A DNA stretch of 64,000 nt from the human T2T-CHM13v2.0 reference genome, Homo sapiens, in the NCBI RefSeq assembly GCF_009914755.1, contig NC_060933.1. One strand, given 5' to 3'. The translations under genes were made by a program, and so were the position numbers. Positions 59,819 through 64,000 of the stretch are shown piece after piece. Below the pieces are notes generated by a model that was not told the origin of the DNA, made no database searches, and was given only the letters and a program-made list of their open reading frames with translations. Positions within the stretch are counted from its first letter, which is position 1. Each line of letters opens with the position of its first letter.

Positions 59819-60288
59819 TGGGATGGTTAATATTGAATGTCAACTTGATTGGATTGAAGGATACAATCCTTCAATCCAATGAAGTATTGTTCCTGGGTGT
59901 GTCTGTGAGGGTGTTACCAAAGGAGATTAACATCTGAGTCTGGGACTGAGGGCTGGGAAAGGTGGGTCCACCCTCAATCTGAGTGGGCACAATCTAATCA
60001 GCTGCCAATGCAGCCAGAATAAAAGCAGGCAGAAGAACGTGAAAAGCCTAGACTGGCTTAGCTTCTCAGCCTACATCTTTCTCCCATGCTGGATACTTCC
60101 TGCCCTTGAACATTGGACTCCAAGCTCTTCAGCTTTGGGACTTGGACTGGCTTCCTTGCTCCTCAGCTTGCAGATGGCCTATTGTGGGACCTCACCTTTT
60201 GATCATATGAGTCAATACTTCTTAATAAACTCACCTTTATATAGACATCTATCCTATTAGTTCTGTCTCTCTAGTGAACCCTAATACA
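59819..60288 (+). mobile_element. ERVL solo LTR, MLT2A-like
   Basis: tgggatggttaatattgaatgtcaacttgattggattgaagga ... ctattagttctgtctctctagtgaaccctaataca. Perfect 5-bp TSD acagg at 59814-59818 and 60289-60293. Confidence 0.9.
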
Positions 60289-60339
60289 ACAGGGAACATG
60301 GTGGGGCTCAGGGCACAAGCAGCTGAGCTCTGGGCCAGT

Positions 60340-60551
60340 CAGTGGTGTGCTGGTAAATGTTCAACAACAGGGTCTCTGAAGGGGAGAAGAAGGAAGCTCT
60401 GATTTGTAGCGTTTACCCATTACCATGGCATAAATACTCCCATCATGGCCTATTCAAGCTACTAACGTAACCTCATAGAATAAGAAGTTGGGAAGAGATG
60501 TGCACAATCGGCTCTCAGCAGCTGATATACACCAATTCCAACACACCACTG
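60340..60551 (-). mobile_element. MER63-family hAT MITE
   Basis: TIRs cagtggtgtgctgg / ccaacacaccactg. 8-bp TSD gggccagt / ggcccagt (7 of 8 identical). Confidence 0.85.
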
Positions 60552-61279
60552 GGCCCAGTTGACCAAGTGTGATACAGCAAGTGTCAGAACAGCCTTCTTC
60601 CCTACTGAAGACTGAGGTCACCGCAGCCCTGTATAAGCCCCATGCATTTTGGGGCACTGGGGAACAAAGATCTGGCAATAAGATGGTGACAGCCTCCACA
60701 AGTGGCTGCGGGCATGGAGAGTCACCAAGGAGGCTGTGCCACCAGGCCAAACAAGGACAGTTTGTGAGGACCCTGAGATGCCTCCAGGGACACAGGAAAG
60801 ACTAGGGGAATTGTGGGGAGTGGGTCTTGAGGTCACACTGTTCTGTAGGTAGGGGCAGCACACAAGGAGGTTTTCTTAATGTTGGTGTAACCTCATGTGT
60901 AGACCTAGGCTGGAGTGGGTTCTGCCCATTGGTATCATGTTTGCCTCCATAGATCATGAAAGCCTAAAGGGCCAGGCTCAGAGCAAAGCTCTTCTGCACA
61001 CTCCATATTCTCAGTTTTTAATGCGCATTTGCCAAACATCCTTCTGGACCTGATCTTTGCTTCTGCATGAGTGGAATGTTTTCCTGTGGGATCAGGCCAA
61101 AGAGCTGCACCATTCCATTTTCTCTGGGCTGCCAAGTAAATTTTCAGATTATCCAGATGCTTAAAGTATGCAAAATACTGTAGAATCTATTGATGTATTT
61201 CTTTAATTTACTATAGTAATGCTCACAGTATATATAACTTCAGAACCATTCAGTTCAAAATGGAAAGTAATTGCATTAG

Positions 61280-62030
61280 GAGCACACCCTCCATCATCCC
61301 CTCTCTTCTGTCGTAACTGGTAAAACACCAAGCCCTATCAGTTTTCTTCCTGAAGTGTGCCTTGAATCCATCCACTCCTCTCTATACCCAATATCACTGA
61401 GATGGCTGATACCAGCATCCCTGCAGGTGCTGTTGCTTTGCTCTGACCTGCTCTCCCCACCACAGCCAGAGGGAGCTTCTTAAAAACAGCAGTCAGGTTG
61501 CTCCCTTGCTAGACACTTTTCCACTGGTCTTAGTATAACATGGCCTCCACCCACCACTCCAGGCTCATCCCACTTTATTCCAGCCACACTGGCTTTCTCA
61601 AAGGTGCCACACTTTCTCTAACCCCAGGGCCTTTGCACCTGCTCTTCCCTTTTCCAGAAATGCTCTTCCACCCACTTTGCCTAGTTAGCTCCTATTTGTT
61701 CTTCAATCTCAACTCAAAGTCACCTTCTCAGGGAAGCCTTTACTGATCCCCAGTCTGTCACTCATCCACAACACTTTAGAGTTTGTTATGCACCTTCCTT
61801 ATTTCATCTTCAGGTCTCCACGTTATGGGCACCCCTGTAACTTTCTTTCAAAGCACTTTTCACCATTTATATTTAAATGGTTATTCGGATGATTATCAGT
61901 TTTCATCTGTTTCCTCCTGGGTACAGGGATCACATCTGCCCTGCTCACAGTTGTACCCCCAGCAGCCGCCACCCCTATCCTCCTCATACTATAGGTGGTT
62001 GTAAATGTCTGTAGAATAAATGAATGAACA
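61280..62030 (+). mobile_element. L2 fragment
   Basis: tgaatccatccactcctctc...ccccagggcctttgcacctgct...tgtctgtagaataaatgaatgaa. Confidence 0.6.
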
Positions 62031-62199
62031 AAGGGAAACAGTCATGTCTCTGTGGTTGTACCAAGTTTTTACCTGTGGTCCCATCACTGATGATAAACCT
62101 TCCATGGCCCAGAAAGAGTGTTTTATTAGCCCTAGGACATATAGTTAATTTCTTCACTGTCAATATCTGATTTCTTCTGTTATTTAAACAACAACAACC

Positions 62200-62265
62200 A
62201 TATATATATATATATATATATACCCATAAATATACCATATATATATATATACACACACACACACA

Positions 62266-62324
<59 letters not shown>
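62200..62324. repeat. Compound (TA)n/(CA)n microsatellite, longest pure run about (AT)28
   Basis: Uninterrupted alternating A/T from 62268 to 62324. Confidence 0.95.
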
Positions 62325-62327
<3 letters not shown>

Positions 62328-63189
62328 TGGCGTTCTTTCTTCTACTACCACAGATCCTTCAATCATCCACAACACTTTACAGTTCGTTGTGCACCTTCCT
62401 TGCTTCATCTTCAGAGCAACCCAGTGAGGGGTCCCTGGTCATTATTTTCACTTTGCAGAAGATAACACAAAGATTAGAGACTTGCGGAGGTCACCAGCTG
62501 CTAAGACACTGGGGACAGCATGCAACCTTGATCTGCAGGCTCCATGCCCCGTGCTCCTCCTATTACACCAAGCTGCCTCCCCCAGCAAGCTAAATGAGCT
62601 GCCCAAAAGAAACAGCATCACTTCACTCTTGCCTAGAATTTTGCTTAAATACTTTCAGAATCATTTTTGCAACTGGAACGTTTCTCAAAAGAAGAAAACT
62701 AGTTCATCACAGTAATCAAGTCTGTCACAGAGGATGTGTGATGATGTTTGAAAATATAATCCTATGAACATCAGAACTGACAACTCTGAAACATCTCTAG
62801 GCTAAATCTGCTAATAACAGTCTTTAGCATTCAGGTTGGCACTCACATGGGTCGGTGTGATACATTTCACAGCAGAAATGCCCTAAGAAGGAACTTTCTC
62901 AAAGAGTAACTGGGTAGAGGACAGATTTTAATGAGGCCCTTTCACACTGAAAGGGTGAAGTGTGAGTGAGGAATAAAGGCATCAGATAAAACATGTATTT
63001 CCGTGAGTCAGATGACAAGATGAGACCTCACATCAGAAAATGTGGCAAACACTTTGTAGAGGTCAGGACCTGTACAGAAAAGGAGTCAAAATATCAGGGC
63101 CATTGCCTCTGAAGATCCTTCTAGAGAAACGTGCTTTGATTAAAATGCAGCAGACACATGAACTGAAATTACCTCTCCTAGGCCTAGTG

Positions 63190-64000
63190 TTCACATACTC
63201 ACTAGCTCAGTTACCCACCCTTCCACCCACAAACTCATCCACCCATTCATCTATGCCTGTCCACAAACCTGCCTAGCTATCCACCTGCTATCATCTATCA
63301 ATACAACCACCGTCTATCCATCCATCCCTCCATCCATCCACCCACCCACCTGTCCATCAATCTACTCACATAATCATCCATCTATCCATCCATTCATCTA
63401 TATCCATCCACCTACCCACACATCCATACACACATCCACTCCTCTATATCCATCCACCTATCTACACATCTATCCTTTCATCCATCCATCCACCCACAAA
63501 CTCATCCACTCATTCATCTATGTCTGTCCTCTTATCTGCCCACCTGCCATCTTCCTGTTAATCCATCCATCTACCCACACATCCATCTGTGCATATATCT
63601 ATTCACATAACTATCCATCCATCCATCCACCCACCCATCCACCCATATATCCATCCATCCATCCATCCACCTACATACTCATCCATTTATCCATCCATGC
63701 ACCTATAGCTATTGACCTACCCACACGTCCATCCATCCACCCATCTGTATCCATCCGCTGTCCACACATCTATCCATCCATCCGTCCATCTATCTATGCA
63801 CCTATCCATCCATCCACCTACCCACCACCCACATACCCATCCATCCATCTACCTAAATGCTCATCCATTCATTCATTCACCCATGCATCCATCTACCCAC
63901 ATACTCATTCATTTATCCAACCATCCATCCACATCTATCCACCTACCCACGTATCCATTCATCCATCCACCCATCTGTATCCATCCACCTGTCCACACAT
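63190..64000. repeat. (CCAT)n low-complexity array, runs off the window end
   Basis: Degenerate CCAT/CCAC/CTAT tetramers with internally duplicated blocks. Confidence 0.9.

Noticed and set aside
59848-59880. Hairpin as a pre-miRNA
   Set aside because: A 15-20-bp stem with a 3-nt loop is too short for a Drosha substrate. Kept only as a DNA motif duplication.

Overview
Human (primate) genomic DNA from inside GABBR2 (GABA-B receptor subunit 2), which is transcribed on the minus strand. Four coding exons with canonical AG/GT ends splice in frame: 32000-32060, 20091-20171, 14774-14924 and 11564-11696 (exons 8-11 by recalled numbering). Together they encode 142 codons: the end of the Venus-flytrap (VFT) ectodomain, the stalk, TM1, ICL1, TM2 and ECL1. 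Everything else is intron. It holds about 19 Alu/FLAM/FAM copies, a young twin-primed (5'-inverted) L1PA nested in an old L1M, ERV/MaLR solo LTRs, hAT/Tigger MITEs, MIR/L2 relics and microsatellites. Repeat subfamily names are recalled from consensus sequences, not from a search. There are no prokaryotic systems, CRISPR arrays or recognisable RNA genes, and no new system can be demonstrated from sequence alone. The best lead is a possible ectodomain/truncation switch around the TM1 exon. Skipping it gives ...IRFQGS-stop, a clean soluble ectodomain with no aberrant residues. Read-through of its weak donor stops at once (...NRNQK-stop), upstream of an RBFOX motif, a (CA)19 tract and an AATAAA. 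Other notable structures: a ~140-bp-arm inverted duplication in intron 7, a strand-polarised Alu layout that favours back-splicing (including a stop-free 426-nt exon 8-11 circle), a chimeric AluY/AluS element, and a hairpin duplication of the DUX-like motif in an MLT2A LTR.
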